NCBI RefSeq assembly: GCF_006345805.1
Contig: NW_021834308.1
Span: 1 to 53,703, forward strand
Length of the DNA stretch: 53,703 nucleotides
Source of the DNA: Octopus sinensis
Lineage: Eukaryota
Reading direction: 5' to 3'
Shown here: piece after piece, positions 52,847 to 53,703 of the stretch
Position numbering within the stretch: the first letter of the stretch is position 1
Layout of the letters: every line of letters begins with the position of its first letter
Program-made: the position numbers and the translations under genes
Notes under the pieces: model-generated
What the model was told of the DNA's origin: nothing
The model's input: the letters and a program-made list of their open reading frames with translations, nothing else
The model's database searches: none

Positions 52847-53703
52847 TGTATAAAACTTACTTGGAAAAGGATGCGTGGCATTCGATCATATAATAATATG
52901 ATCATAATAATACATATATGTTCATACATACATATATATGTATATATAAATGCATATATGGGCACAGGACATAAAAAAACGTAGACACAATAAGAAACGA
53001 AAACATAGATCGAACGCCACGCATACTTTTCCAAGTAAGTTTTATCTTAATTACGATGCGCTGTCTTATTCTATCTGTTCTCTTTCTACCGCCTCTTGTT
53101 CTTCTTCCTTTCTGTTTTTCTCACCCACCCTTTCCCTATTCTTCTCCTCTCCCCTTCACTGTACCCCCCTCTCTCTCTCACTCTTCCTCTTTGACTCTCT
53201 CGTGGATAATACGTGACGAAAGGCCATCTATCTTTCTTTCTCCCACTTCCTTCCTAAAGACAAGACGTGCTTTTATCTGTCTCTTCTCAAAGTTCGTTTT
53301 TCAAGCGTTCATAATCTTCACAACGTCTTGGCTTAATAAACCTCACCGTTTGTTTTTACTGTTTTGTTCTCACCGTCCTGTTTTTGTTAACACTTCCACC
53401 TTCCGCAAAAAATATCAAATTTTATTTAATTTGCTTTGCGGGAAGGACTGTTTTAACGAAGTCGCGTCTTGTCCTTACCTTCGAAACATGGAATAGATAA
53501 AACAGGGGACCACTGATGAAAAGAATGTACTTTATCTTGCATGTCTCGGTTTTCTGTTTTTTCCCGTTGTTCGAAAAAAATTTAGTTTTCCATGTTTTTG
53601 TTTTTTATGTTTTCGTTTCTCATTGTGTCTACGTTTTTTGATATCCTGTACCCATATATGCATGTATATATACATATATATGTAGGTAAGTACTATATGT
53701 ATG

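Overview
Eukaryotic, AT-rich, microsatellite-saturated non-coding DNA: a large intron or intergenic interval. The SINE and MITE families look like those I recall from Octopus (coleoid cephalopod) genomes; this attribution is an inference and was not database-checked. I could not establish any intact host gene. Nearly all ORF-track entries are translations of (TA)n, (CA)n, (TATC)n, (AAT)n, (GAT)n or (ACT)n repeats. The only protein-like sequence is decayed transposon material: an RLE-type (R4/Dong-like) LINE C-terminus (~805-1184, +), an RTE-clade RT (~17640-19400, +), an L1/Tx1-clade ORF2 (~26000-27660, -), a FLYWCH/Mutator transposase (~30950-32060, +) and two Tc1/mariner relic loci (45681-46480 and 47318-48133). 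There are three tRNA-derived SINE families, mariner MITEs and Penelope-like terminal fragments. The most notable structures are a 96-bp zero-spacer palindrome (51940-52035), a ~1.85-kb concentric inverted arrangement centred on a mariner foldback (46781-48620), several degenerate Penelope-type hammerhead motifs, a mosaic cluster of multimeric SINEs (20006-22514) and a 67-bp direct repeat around or within the RTE relic. I found no evidence for a novel multi-gene system.
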